DNA of 64,000 nucleotides, from assembly GCA_963730935.1 (NCBI GenBank), contig CAVSTP010000003.1:256001-320000 (forward strand), written 5' to 3'. Below the pieces are notes generated by a model that did no database searches, had not been told where the DNA came from, and saw only the letters and a program-made list of their open reading frames with translations. Each line of letters starts with the position of its first letter. Position 1 is the first letter of the stretch. The position numbers and the translations under genes were made by a program. The stretch comes from an uncultured Nitrospiraceae bacterium (lineage in GTDB: Bacteria; Nitrospirota; Nitrospiria; Nitrospirales; Nitrospiraceae). Below, piece by piece: positions 37,704 to 48,768 of the stretch.

Positions 37704-38710
37704 GCCGTCGCTCGAAGCTGTTCGATGCGTTGACCGACAAACGTGATCAGTTCCGTCAGACCCGCTCTCGTGGCTGAGGACACGGGCAGACAAGGAATGT
37801 TCCGGCGCCGGCAGAAGGTCTGAAGCGAGGTCATTCTCGTCCCGTCACCGGCCGCGTCGATTTTGGTCGGGATTACGGCAAAGGGACGCTTGGCGAGTTC
37901 GGGATCATAGGATGTCAGCTCCTGCCGCATGATCTCGAAGCTCGCCACGGGGTCTTCCACGGCCGCCTCGGAGACATCGATCAGGTGGAGCAGTAGGGAG
38001 GTGCGTTCGATATGGCGCAAAAACTGAATGCCGAGGCCCTTGCCTTCGTGCGCGCCTTCGATCAACCCGGGAATGTCGGCTACGACGAAACTGCGGTCTT
38101 CTGCATACCGCACGACGCCGAGGTTGGGGACGAGCGTCGTAAAGGGATAGTCCGCGATCTTCGGGCGTGCCGCGGAAATTGCGGCGATCAAAGTCGATTT
38201 TCCGGCGTTGGGAAATCCGATGAGGCCGACGTCGGCCAGCAGCTTCAGTTCGAGCCGGAGCTCGTATTCCTCGCCAGCCGTGCCGCGCTCGAAATGGGTC
38301 GGTACGCGGTTGGTGGACGTCGCAAAATGGCTGTTGCCTCGCCCGCCTTTGCCGCCGCGTGCGATCGTGACAGAGTCCCCGTCCGTCACCAAGTCCGCCA
38401 GGAGGTCGCCTGTGTGGAGGTCATAGATCGAGGTCCCGACCGGCAACAGCACCTCGACGGATTTTCCTCTGCGCCCGGTGCAGTTCGAGCCGCCTCCGGC
38501 TTTCCCATCTTCTGCCTCGTAGTGCCGCTGATACCGAAGGTCGAGAAGGGTGGTCAGCCGTTGCGAAGCGCTGAACACGACATCGCCCCCGTCGCCCCCG
38601 TCACCACCGTCCGGCCCTCCGCGCGGCACAAACATTTCGCGGCGGAAGCTGCAGCTGCCGTTGCCACCACGACCCGCTTTCACTGTAATGGAGACTTCGT
38701 CGACAAACAT
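37685..38710 (-). CDS. obgE: GTPase Obg
   Basis: MFVDEV, GGPDGGDGG, GFPNAGKST, YPFTT, DIPGLIEGA; no C-terminal OCT domain. Confidence 0.97.
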   Translation of the reverse strand: MFVDEVSITVKAGRGGNGSCSFRREMFVPRGGPDGGDGGDGGDVVFSASQRLTTLLDLRYQRHYEAEDGKAGGGSNCTGRRGKSVEVLLPVGTSIYDLHTGDLLADLVTDGDSVTIARGGKGGRGNSHFATSTNRVPTHFERGTAGEEYELRLELKLLADVGLIGFPNAGKSTLIAAISAARPKIADYPFTTLVPNLGVVRYAEDRSFVVADIPGLIEGAHEGKGLGIQFLRHIERTSLLLHLIDVSEAAVEDPVASFEIMRQELTSYDPELAKRPFAVIPTKIDAAGDGTRMTSLQTFCRRRNIPCLPVSSATRAGLTELITFVGQRIEQLRATACETKS

Positions 38711-38848
38711 CGAAACCACCTTGTCGATGAGGCGACCCTCATATCGCCGAAACGACGGCGGCAGCCATGGCGCGAACGTTCAGACCATGGCAGACCTCAT
38801 CCCTGCCGACGACTGCGTGATGACTCAGGAGAAAGGGAAACGCGGTGG

Positions 38849-39112
38849 TTACGAGGCCGCGGGCACGGGGTAGACGCTGATCTTCTGTCGCGCGCGTCCG
38901 CCCTCGAATTTGACAATTCCCGTCACGCGGGCGAAGAGAGTATGGTCTTTGCCGAGGCCGACATTGAAACCGGGGAAGAACTTCGTCCCCCGCTGGCGCA
39001 CGATGATGGCGCCCGCCTTCACGGTTTCACCGCCGTACGCTTTCACACCGAGGTATTGTGGATTGCTGTCCCGCCCGTTTCTAGATGAACCGCCGCCTTT
39101 ATTCGTCGCCAT
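38849..39112 (-). CDS. rpmA: 50S ribosomal protein L27
   Basis: [31 protein letters not shown]. Confidence 0.97.
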   Translation of the reverse strand: MATNKGGGSSRNGRDSNPQYLGVKAYGGETVKAGAIIVRQRGTKFFPGFNVGLGKDHTLFARVTGIVKFEGGRARQKISVYPVPAAS

Positions 39113-39124
39113 ACCTGTCCTTGC

Positions 39125-39439
39125 TCAAGCTGTTTCGATACCCGTGATCCGCAATTTCGTGAAGCCCTGCCGATGGCCCTTCGTGCGTCGATAGTTCTTG
39201 CGCCGTTGTTTCTTGAAAACCATGATGGATCGAGTCCGGCCCTGGTCGATGATCTCCGCCGTGATCTTTGCGCCTTTGACCAGCGGTTGTCCGACGAGGA
39301 GGCCTTTGTCACCATGGACCAGCCGTACGTCGCTCAGTTCCACCCTGCCTCCGACGTCGCCTGGAAGACGTTCAACCTGAAGCAGAGACCCGTGTTCGAC
39401 CCGATACTGCTTGCCGCCAGTTTCCACTATTGCATACAT
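39125..39439 (-). CDS. rplU: 50S ribosomal protein L21
   Basis: [41 protein letters not shown] upstream at 39498-39493. Confidence 0.97.
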   Translation of the reverse strand: MYAIVETGGKQYRVEHGSLLQVERLPGDVGGRVELSDVRLVHGDKGLLVGQPLVKGAKITAEIIDQGRTRSIMVFKKQRRKNYRRTKGHRQGFTKLRITGIETA

Positions 39440-39574
39440 GAATGCTCTCCTCCGTAACAGAACGTCGTTATGTATCACAGTGATTTCAGAGGTGTCAAGG
39501 AAGCGTTGGGCACAAGTCCCTACCCCCTGTTGGTAGGCTTTTTTGCAACTGATAGCCGGCGTAAGGTGAACGCC

Positions 39575-39937
39575 ATGAAGACGGTCCGCAACACTCCGCG
39601 CACCAGGTTTGTGCTCAGACCCTATCGCCGGATTCCTACCTGGTACAGCTCCTATTACATGAGCGGAAGCGTGGTCGGGAAAGGTGTCGTGAAGAATCTG
39701 AGCCGCACCGGGTTGCGCGTGCTGGGTGATCATTCCCTCACGCCGGGCACCGACGTGTGCATTCGCCTCCACCTCGGAGAGACCGGTCCTCCGTTGGAAA
39801 TTTCCCGTGCGACGGTTCGCTGGGCGGACCAGTATGAGTTCGGATTGCGGATTGAACAGCTCACGCCATACGCGGCCAATCGCCTGGCCTGTCTCATCAA
39901 CGCTGACATCAGTCTCCGCCCTAACAGCGCGCAGTAA
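39575..39937 (+). CDS. PilZ-domain protein
   Basis: RPYRR and NLSRTG motifs, ATVRW...EFGLRI; start ATG 39575. Confidence 0.78.
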   Translation: MKTVRNTPRTRFVLRPYRRIPTWYSSYYMSGSVVGKGVVKNLSRTGLRVLGDHSLTPGTDVCIRLHLGETGPPLEISRATVRWADQYEFGLRIEQLTPYAANRLACLINADISLRPNSAQ

Positions 39938-40014
39938 CCCGTCTCCCACGGCAACGCCTGTGTCGCTCGTTTGCTTGACGCTTCTTCAAAACCGCTGCTA
40001 TAGTCCGCTTCACT

Positions 40015-40926
40015 ATGGACCCGCAGGGAAAAATCTGGATGGACGGCTCGTTTGTCGACTGGGCGGACGCGAAGGTGCATGTCCTGACCCACTCGTTGCA
40101 CTACGGACTTGCAGCATTCGAAGGTCTTCGCTGCTACAAGGGAAAGTCGGGATCTGCCATTTTCAAGATGCAGGAGCACGTGGATCGATTGTTCGACTCG
40201 GCTCACATCGGCATGATGACGATTCCCTACGAAAAAAAGCAGGTCGCGGAAGCGATCGTCGAGACCGTGCGGAACAACAAGTTTGAGGCTTGCTACATCC
40301 GGCCGCTGGTCTACGTGGGATACGGAGCTATGGGCGTCTACCCGGGCGACAATCCGATCAAGCTGGCAATCGCTGCCTGGAAATGGGGCTCGTATTTGGG
40401 CGACGATGCGCTGGCCAACGGCATGCGCGCCTGTGTCTCGTCGTTTACCCGTCACCATGTCAACGTGTCGATGACGAGGGGAAAAATCTCAGGGTATTAC
40501 GTCAATTCGATCTTGGCCAAACGCGAGGCCAAGGCGAACGGCTATGATGAAGCCATTCTGCTGGATCCAGAAGGATACGTGTCGGAGGGGACGGGGGAAA
40601 ATATTTTCATCGTGCGGAAAGGCCGCCTGAAAACGACTCCGCTGACATCCATTCTCGAAGGCATTACACGCAATGCCGTGATTGAGCTCGCCCGTGAACA
40701 GGGCCTCGTCGTCCTCGAAGAGCGGTTTACGCGCGACGAAATGTACATTGCCGACGAAGTGTTCGTGACGGGGACGGCTGCCGAATTGACACCTGTGAGA
40801 GAAATCGACAAGCGCTCCATCGGTACCGGCAAGCCCGGTCCAGTCACGACTGCGTTGCAGAAGCGCTTTTTCTCGATCGTGCGGGGGGAAGATTCTTCGC
40901 ACGACTCCTGGCTCACCCGCGTTTGA
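40015..40926 (+). CDS. ilvE: Branched-chain amino acid aminotransferase
   Basis: HSLHYG, FEGLRCY, YIRP, KISGYYVNS, EGTGENIF, LEGITR, GTAAE. Confidence 0.96.
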   Translation: MDPQGKIWMDGSFVDWADAKVHVLTHSLHYGLAAFEGLRCYKGKSGSAIFKMQEHVDRLFDSAHIGMMTIPYEKKQVAEAIVETVRNNKFEACYIRPLVYVGYGAMGVYPGDNPIKLAIAAWKWGSYLGDDALANGMRACVSSFTRHHVNVSMTRGKISGYYVNSILAKREAKANGYDEAILLDPEGYVSEGTGENIFIVRKGRLKTTPLTSILEGITRNAVIELAREQGLVVLEERFTRDEMYIADEVFVTGTAAELTPVREIDKRSIGTGKPGPVTTALQKRFFSIVRGEDSSHDSWLTRV

Positions 40927-40927
40927 A

Positions 40928-41093
40928 GAGACGCTGAAAACCCCTCCAGCTTCGTTCTCGCATCATTTAGAGGCTCCACGTACGAGAAAATGTGCGCGTC
41001 ACCTCTGCATTTGCTGCGGCTGAGCCTGCGGAAAGGCGCGTCTTGGCGCGCCGGGGTTGGGGGGTGAGATATGAAGGGCTTTTTGAGCGTCTC
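40928..41093 (+). repeat. Intergenic palindromic repeat, longest copy
   Basis: Ends GAGACGCTGAAAA / TTTTGAGCGTCTC; 5' half matches the 14066 copy, 3' half matches the 27227 copy. Confidence 0.75.
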
Positions 41094-41170
41094 CCTTGCG
41101 GTTCAGCGGTTCATAGGTACATCAATGCTGTCGTGCCGATGAAGCTAAACACGAACGAGCGGATAACTGT

Positions 41171-41536
41171 CTAGTGGGCGGCGGCGGGATCGCTTGAGGA
41201 ATGCGTATCGGCTGCCGGTTTGTCTGTGGGAGTAGGGGACGACGGGGCTGCCGGAGCCGTTTCGGAGCTGTCTTTTTTCTTGAGGTCGATGACGGTGGAG
41301 GAGAAGGTACGCTCTTTCGCAAGAATAGCCAGGCTGAGCGAGGTGACCATGAAGACGACGGCGACCACGACCGTAAATTTGCTGAGAAAGTTCGCCGGTC
41401 CACGGCTTCCGAACACCGTCTGGCTGGAGCCGCCAAATGCCGCACCGATTTCCGCACCTTTGCCCGATTGCAAAAGAATGGCGCCGATCATCAGGAAGCA
41501 GGCGATGACGTGAATGATGATGACGAGTGTGTGCAT
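41171..41536 (-). CDS. secG: Preprotein translocase subunit SecG
   Basis: ILLQSGKGAEIGAAFGG, FGSRG..NFLSKFT; follows tpiA. Confidence 0.95.
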   Translation of the reverse strand: MHTLVIIIHVIACFLMIGAILLQSGKGAEIGAAFGGSSQTVFGSRGPANFLSKFTVVVAVVFMVTSLSLAILAKERTFSSTVIDLKKKDSSETAPAAPSSPTPTDKPAADTHSSSDPAAAH

Positions 41537-41545
41537 GAATTTGGA

Positions 41546-42319
41546 CTAGTGTTTAGATCTGTTCTTTGCGGCGAGGATGATTGTAGCAAATGACTCCGTC
41601 TTCAGACAAGCCCCGCCGACCAGCGCGCCATCGATGTCGGATTCGCTCAGGAGAGATGACGCGTTTTGTGGCGTGACGCTCCCTCCGTAGAGAATCCTCA
41701 TGTGTTTCGCTGCTTCCCCGGACCAGCCGGCGGCGATGCGGGCGCGGATCGCGCGGTGTACGGCGACGGCTTGTTCCGTCGTGGCCGCATGCCCGGTGCC
41801 GATGGCCCACACCGGTTCGTAGGCAAGGGTCACGGCGTCCAATTCTTTGGCGCTCAGCTCCGCGAGTCCAGCGGCGACCTGACTCGTCACCACCGCATCG
41901 GTGCGTTCCGATTGGCGCTCGGCGAGAGATTCGCCGACGCAGAGGATTGGGCGAAGTCCGTTGGCCAAGGCCGAGCGGACTTTCCTGTGAATGTCGACGT
42001 CGCGCTCGCCGAACAATGCTCGCCGTTCCGAATGGCCGACGATGACATAGGTGCAGCCAAGGTCGCGCAACATCGGGCCTGAGACTTCGCCGGTGAACGC
42101 GCCCTGTTGTTCCCAATGAAGATTCTGCGCGCCGAGCGCCAGGTGGGAGGCGGAGCCCAGAGCGCGATGCACCGATTCCAACGCCGTAAATGGCGGGGCC
42201 AGCACGATCTCGACGGCAGGATCCTTGTGCAGGGCGCTGGCCAGTTCCTGCACGAAGCGGACGGCCTCGGAGGCCGTCTTGTTCATCTTCCAATTCCCGA
42301 CAATGAGGGTAGTGCGCAC
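41546..42319 (-). CDS. tpiA: Triosephosphate isomerase
   Basis: GNWKMN, GHSERR, AYEPVWAIGTG, YGGSV, LVGGA. Confidence 0.97.
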   Translation of the reverse strand: MRTTLIVGNWKMNKTASEAVRFVQELASALHKDPAVEIVLAPPFTALESVHRALGSASHLALGAQNLHWEQQGAFTGEVSGPMLRDLGCTYVIVGHSERRALFGERDVDIHRKVRSALANGLRPILCVGESLAERQSERTDAVVTSQVAAGLAELSAKELDAVTLAYEPVWAIGTGHAATTEQAVAVHRAIRARIAAGWSGEAAKHMRILYGGSVTPQNASSLLSESDIDGALVGGACLKTESFATIILAAKNRSKH

Positions 42320-42333
42320 GGGTTGTTGATTCG

Positions 42334-43533
42334 CTAGTCTTTGCGCTCGGGCAGGGCGACGAGGCCGGGCAGCGGTTTGCCTTCCAACAATTCGAGCGCT
42401 GCGCCGCCGCCGGTGGAAATGAAGGAAATATTCTCGGATTCACCGGCTCGATGGATCGCCATGGCGGTTTCACCGCCGCCGACGATCGTCAGGGCGTAGG
42501 CGTCGGCAATCGCGTGAGCGACCGATAAGGTGCCGCGCGCAAATGCATCGATCTCGAAGACGCCCATCGGACCGTTCCAGAGAATGGTCTTGGCATTCTG
42601 CACGGCTTCCCCGAAGAGCTTCACCGAGGCGGGACCGATGTCGAGGGCATACCAGCCTTTGGGAATTTCCTGGACCGGGACAATCTTGGTTTCGGCGCCA
42701 GGCTCGCGGCTGGCGGCCACGACGCAATCAACCGGCAGGTAGAATTTCACGCCGCGTGAAAACGCATGATCTTCGATGCCCTTCGCGAAATCGAGCATGT
42801 CGTTTTCAACCAGGGAGTTGCCGATTTCGAGCCCTTTGGCTTTCAAAAAGGTGAAGGCCATGCCGCCGCCGATGATGACCTTGTCCACGCGCTTGCCGAG
42901 GTTCTCGATGACGCCGATCTTCCCGGAGACTTTGGCGCCGCCGAGAATGGCGACGAACGGCCGCACGGGATTTTCGACTGCTCCTTCGAGGTATTCGATT
43001 TCCTTTTTCAGGAGAAAGCCCGCGGCGGCAACGGGCACGTACTTCGTGATCCCGACCGTAGAAGCGTGGGCCCGGTGCGCGGCGCCGAAGGCATCGTTGA
43101 TGTAGACGTCGCCGAGTGCAGCCAGCGACTTCGAGAATGTCTCATCATTTTTTTCTTCGCCGGGATGAAACCGAAGGTTTTCGAGGAGCATGACGTCGCC
43201 CGGCTTCATTTTGGCGACGAGGCTTTCGATATTCGGGCCGATGCAGTCGGGCGCAAAGATGACGTCTTTTCCGAGCAGCCGTCCCAGCCGCTTCGCTACG
43301 GGCGCCAGACTGAATTTTGGATCGAACGCGCCCTTGGGGCGGCCGAGGTGGGAGCAGACAATGGCTTTTCCGCCGTCGTCGACCACACGGTTGATCGTCG
43401 GAAGCGTGGAGCGGATCCGGGTGTCGTCCGTGATTTGCAGCGAATCGTCGAGGGGCACGTTGAAATCGGCGCGGATGATCACCCGCTTGCCGGACAGCGA
43501 GATGTCGTCGATCGTCTGCTTATGCAAATTCAT
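42334..43533 (-). CDS. pgk: Phosphoglycerate kinase
   Basis: RADFNVP, SHLGRP, ENLRF, GGAKV, WNGPMG, STGGGA. Confidence 0.98.
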   Translation of the reverse strand: MNLHKQTIDDISLSGKRVIIRADFNVPLDDSLQITDDTRIRSTLPTINRVVDDGGKAIVCSHLGRPKGAFDPKFSLAPVAKRLGRLLGKDVIFAPDCIGPNIESLVAKMKPGDVMLLENLRFHPGEEKNDETFSKSLAALGDVYINDAFGAAHRAHASTVGITKYVPVAAAGFLLKKEIEYLEGAVENPVRPFVAILGGAKVSGKIGVIENLGKRVDKVIIGGGMAFTFLKAKGLEIGNSLVENDMLDFAKGIEDHAFSRGVKFYLPVDCVVAASREPGAETKIVPVQEIPKGWYALDIGPASVKLFGEAVQNAKTILWNGPMGVFEIDAFARGTLSVAHAIADAYALTIVGGGETAMAIHRAGESENISFISTGGGAALELLEGKPLPGLVALPERKD

Positions 43534-43591
43534 GGGCTGTCCTATGGGTCAGCGTGGAGCGGGCTGACGAATCATGCGGGAAGGTTAGGGC

Positions 43592-44620
<1,029 letters not shown>

Positions 44621-44870
44621 TCAAAAAAACCCGTTCTTTCCGTTGCAACGATGGCGATAGTATCGGCGGTTACCCCTCTGAGTCAAGCGATACAAAAGTG
44701 GTAACCCCGCGTTGTCAGAGAGTTTTCAGACACCTCGATTCAGAACGGCTGCAGCCACCGGCCGGCGCCTTCTGCCTCCATGCCGGCTTGCGTGTCGGAT
44801 AGCCTGTTCGCTAGAGTTTCCTTCCGTTTGGCAGAGCGGACATAATATCAATCACGTCGAGGATATCCCG

Positions 44871-47246
44871 TTGTTCGATCAGACGACCGAGGTGTTGGAA
44901 TGGAAGAAGCTGCTGGCGCTTCTAGCCGGTCACACGCGTTCGACGAGAGGCGCGGCGCGGGCTCGGTCCGGTGTGCTTTCGTCCGATCTTGCAGAAGCGC
45001 GCCGTCTTCAGCAGCTCACGACGGAAATGGCAGGGCTCCAGGATGGTCCCGATCCCATGCCCGTGATGGCCTTTCCCGATGTCGAAGAAGCGGTGGGACG
45101 GGCCGACAAGGGAGCCGTGCTCGAAACCCACGACCTGCGCGATCACACCGTCGTTCTCGCGCTGTGGGACGAGGTTCAGCGCCATCTGGCCAGGCACGCG
45201 CACGACGCGCCTACGCTGGTTGGGGCAGCGTCGGCGCTGTCGGCCGGCCACGAGCTGCGCGGCATTAGGGCAACGCTGGAGGCTTCCATTCAACCGGACG
45301 GATCGATCAGTGATTCGGCGACTCCGGAATTGCGCCGGCTCACACAGCACGCCAACGAGCTCAAGCAAGAAATCCGTCATCGCCTCGAACACATCCTTCA
45401 TTCACAGCGCTACGAAGAGGTTCTCCAGGAACGCTACTTTGCAGAGCGGGAGGGCCGGTATGTCGTTCCCATCAAGACCGATATGCAGCGGCGTGTCCCC
45501 GGCATTGTCCACGACGTATCTGCCAGCGGCGCCACGGTCTTTCTGGAGCCTCGGGAGCTGGTCGATCTGAACAATGCGATCAAGGTCGCCGATCGTGAGA
45601 TCGATCGCGAAGTCATGCGGATTCTTCGTGAGCTGTCCGGCCGTATCGCTCAACAAGCCCGCACCATTCTTGCCGGACTTGACGCCCTTGCGGAGTTGGA
45701 TGTGGTCGCAGCGCGAGTTGCCTTTGGTCGGCAACTCCGGGCCCATTCGGTCCTTCTGAACGACGAGGGCCGCATCAGGCTAAGGCAGGCACGACATCCC
45801 TTATTGGTCCTCTCCAAACCGCACGTCGTCGCCAACGATCTGGTGCTCGACGATCAAGTCCAGGTCCTCGTGATCTCCGGACCGAACACAGGCGGGAAGA
45901 CGGTCACGCTGAAAATCGTCGGACTGTTTGCCTTGATGGTGAAGACTGGCATGCATCTGCCCTGTGAACCCGAGTCGGAAATGGCGGTGTTCCCGGAGCT
46001 GTTCGCCGACATCGGTGATGCGCAGGATCTCGCGCGTGACTTGTCGAGTTTCTCGGCCCATATGACGCAGATGGTTGAGTTGTTGAAGAGGACGTATGCG
46101 GGCCGCCAGGCGCTTGTGCTGCTCGATGAGCCGGTGACCTCGACTGATCCGATCGAAGGCGCGGCACTGGCCGAAGTCTTGTTATGTCGTCTCGCTGCGC
46201 TGGGGATGAAGGTCATCGTGACGACACATTACCGCTCCCTGAAAGCCCTGGCGCAAACGACCCCGGGATTCGGCAATGCCAGTGTGGAGTTCGACATGGC
46301 GACGCTGGCCCCGACGTACCGGTTGTTCATGGGCGTGCCCGGCGGGTCATCGGCCATCGAGATCGCCGGGCGTCTTGGAATGGAACAGGCCATTCTCGAC
46401 GAGGCAAGGCAAAAACTGAAATCGGAGGACCGGACGTTCGAGCAGATGCTCGCCGACCTGCATGACAAACAGCGGCAGTTGACCATCGACCTGGCACGCG
46501 CCGTCGAAGCGAGGGCTGAAGCCGAGGGCGCTGCGGCACAGGCCAGAGCGCAGCTTGCCAAGCTGGAGGCGACCGAGCGTGAGGAGCGCAAAGGCATCAA
46601 AAAGCGTTTGCAGGAACAGTTCAGCCGTGCGCGCGCCGAGGTGCAAGCGACGGTCGACGAGGTCAAGCGTGAGCAGAAATTGATCAAGGCAAAAGAGGCC
46701 AAAGAACGCCTGATGGAACTGGAGACCCGAGCGCAGGCCGATCTCGCGCCGGTGGCGGCATCCATTCCACTAGAGCAGCTCGAGGTCGGTGATCAGGTCG
46801 AGATCGGTGGATTGGGCATGACGGGAACCTTGCTCGAGGCGCCCCGTGGGAAGAAACGCGTCCGCGTGAAGGTCGGCGAAGGTGAACTCCTTGCCACCGT
46901 GGCCAATCTTACGGGCGTCGGCCGAGCGTCGGAATCACGGCCGACACCTGCTCCTTTTTCCATATCGCAGCCGGCGGCCACAGGTCGTGCGTACCATGCG
47001 GAAGAACACCGGGTGGTCGACGTACGAGGTCATGCGGCCGACGAGGCGCTCGAGCACGTGACGGCGGCGCTGGATCGGGCCACTCTTGAAGGCGCGCCGT
47101 CTCTCCGCATCATCCACGGCCATGGAACGGGAAAACTCAAGGCCGCGTTGCGAACCTATCTGAGAGATTCACCGTATGTTGCGCATGCCCGCCCTGGCGA
47201 TCGAGGGGAGGGTGGCGACGGAGTGACGATCGTAACTATACGATAG
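44871..47246 (+). CDS. mutS2: MutS2 (ATPase, coiled coil, KOW, Smr)
   Basis: VHDVSASGATVFLEP, SGPNTGGKT, DIGDAQ..LSSFSAH, TTHY, IIHGHGTG, GGDGVT; TTG 44871 after GAGGA chosen as start. Confidence 0.93.
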   Translation: MFDQTTEVLEWKKLLALLAGHTRSTRGAARARSGVLSSDLAEARRLQQLTTEMAGLQDGPDPMPVMAFPDVEEAVGRADKGAVLETHDLRDHTVVLALWDEVQRHLARHAHDAPTLVGAASALSAGHELRGIRATLEASIQPDGSISDSATPELRRLTQHANELKQEIRHRLEHILHSQRYEEVLQERYFAEREGRYVVPIKTDMQRRVPGIVHDVSASGATVFLEPRELVDLNNAIKVADREIDREVMRILRELSGRIAQQARTILAGLDALAELDVVAARVAFGRQLRAHSVLLNDEGRIRLRQARHPLLVLSKPHVVANDLVLDDQVQVLVISGPNTGGKTVTLKIVGLFALMVKTGMHLPCEPESEMAVFPELFADIGDAQDLARDLSSFSAHMTQMVELLKRTYAGRQALVLLDEPVTSTDPIEGAALAEVLLCRLAALGMKVIVTTHYRSLKALAQTTPGFGNASVEFDMATLAPTYRLFMGVPGGSSAIEIAGRLGMEQAILDEARQKLKSEDRTFEQMLADLHDKQRQLTIDLARAVEARAEAEGAAAQARAQLAKLEATEREERKGIKKRLQEQFSRARAEVQATVDEVKREQKLIKAKEAKERLMELETRAQADLAPVAASIPLEQLEVGDQVEIGGLGMTGTLLEAPRGKKRVRVKVGEGELLATVANLTGVGRASESRPTPAPFSISQPAATGRAYHAEEHRVVDVRGHAADEALEHVTAALDRATLEGAPSLRIIHGHGTGKLKAALRTYLRDSPYVAHARPGDRGEGGDGVTIVTIR

Positions 47247-47284
47247 TCGGCAGATCAGGATGCGGGGATGGGGCCTCGTGCGTA

Positions 47285-48640
47285 CTACGAGATGTGGTAT
47301 TTCGCCATGCGATAGCGGAGTGTATTGCGCGTAATCTTGAGCAGACGGCTCGCTTCGGACACATTGCCGGCCGCCTTGCGAAGCGCCTCTTCCAGTATTT
47401 TCTTCTCCATTTCCTGAAACGAGAGCCCGAAGGCCAGCAACGAAGTCTTTTCTGAGGAGACGCTCGATGCGGAGACCTTTGCCGTGCGAAACGTTGACGG
47501 CAAATGGTCCGGTTGGATCGTTCCGCTCTTGCAGGTGATCGTCAATCCCTCCACCACATTATGAAGTTCCCGTATGTTGCCAGGCCAATCGTGCCGCTCG
47601 AGCAGTGCCAGCGCCTCGGGAGCGAGGCCTTGAATGCGGCATCCACGATGTTCTCGCGCGTCCTCGAGAAAGGATTTCAGGATGGGTGCAATGTCGTCCG
47701 GCCGTGCGCGGAGCGGTGGGAGGCGGAGTTGATACACGTTCAATCGATAGAACAGGTCGAGGCGAAAGCGGCCGGCCTTGATCTGAGCCGGCAGGTCTTC
47801 GTTGGTGGCCGCGATGACGCGGATGTTCACTTTGATGCTGTGCGTATCGCCGAGGGGATCGACGATGTGATCTTCCAGGACGCGGAGCAGTTTGGCCTGT
47901 GCCGGAAGGCTCATCTCGCCGATTTCGTCGAGGAAGAGCGTCCCACCGGCAGCGAGCTGGAACTTGCCCGGTTTCGCGTGCTTGGCATCCGTGAAGGCAC
48001 CGCGCTGATAGCCGAAGAGTTCTGATTCCAGCAGCGGTTCGGGAATGCCGGCGCAGTTCAATGCCAGGAACGGCCCTTTTGATCGGGGACTGGCCGCGTG
48101 GATGGCACGCGCGAACAATTCCTTGCCAGTGCCGCTTTCACCGGTGATGAGCACGGTCGCATCGGTGACGGCGACTTCTCCGGCGAGCCGCTTCACCAGT
48201 TGCATTTGCGGAGAGACGCTGATGATGTGGTCGAACGCGAATAGTCCGTCCCGTTTCGGGTTGGCCGTCGAATGCGTCACGTATGAAGCCCGGATCGAGG
48301 CGTTGATGGCGTCGGCGGTGACGGGTTTGGGCAGATAATCGACCGCACCCTCGCGGACGGCGTTGAGCGCGGCGCTGGCGGTATCAGATTCGCCGAGCAC
48401 GATGACAGGCACTGGAATGTCAGCCTGCCCTGCTTGTGCGAGCAGCGACTTCCGTGCGATGCGCCCGCCGCTGTCGTCACAAAAGACCAAGGTCAGGTCA
48501 TGTCGCTCTCCTAGCAGGCGAAGGCCGGCTTCGGTCGTTGTTGCAACCAGAACCGTAGCCGTCTGCTCGGAAAGTGCGTGTTCGAGAGTCGTTCTCGAGG
48601 AGGGGTCAGCCGATATCAGGGCGACAATCGGGGCGTGCAT
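47285..48640 (-). CDS. Sigma54-dependent enhancer-binding protein (receiver-AAA+-Fis HTH)
   Basis: GESGTGKE, ESELFG..RGAFTDA, LFLDEIGE, FRLDLFYRL, WPGNIREL. Confidence 0.93.
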   Translation of the reverse strand: MHAPIVALISADPSSRTTLEHALSEQTATVLVATTTEAGLRLLGERHDLTLVFCDDSGGRIARKSLLAQAGQADIPVPVIVLGESDTASAALNAVREGAVDYLPKPVTADAINASIRASYVTHSTANPKRDGLFAFDHIISVSPQMQLVKRLAGEVAVTDATVLITGESGTGKELFARAIHAASPRSKGPFLALNCAGIPEPLLESELFGYQRGAFTDAKHAKPGKFQLAAGGTLFLDEIGEMSLPAQAKLLRVLEDHIVDPLGDTHSIKVNIRVIAATNEDLPAQIKAGRFRLDLFYRLNVYQLRLPPLRARPDDIAPILKSFLEDAREHRGCRIQGLAPEALALLERHDWPGNIRELHNVVEGLTITCKSGTIQPDHLPSTFRTAKVSASSVSSEKTSLLAFGLSFQEMEKKILEEALRKAAGNVSEASRLLKITRNTLRYRMAKYHIS

Positions 48641-48768
48641 AGGAGCGCTCCTTTATCAGGCTCCATCGCGAACCACCGAAACTCCAAGGTAGCCTACTCC
48701 TATTTCCGGGCTGATGGAAGGGGCATCAGGCAGGGATGGTGTAAGGTGCTAAATGTAGGTAGTCATAT

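Noticed and set aside
39531..39547. Sigma54-like motif upstream of the PilZ gene (TGGTAGGC...TTGCA)
   Set aside because: GG-to-GC spacing is 11 nt, not the required 10
39440..39949. Long N-terminal extension of rplU
   Set aside because: Antisense shadow of the PilZ gene; L21 starts at MYAIV with its own SD and promoter
41094..41170. tRNA-Leu often found after secG
   Set aside because: No cloverleaf, T-loop GTTCRA or acceptor stem visible
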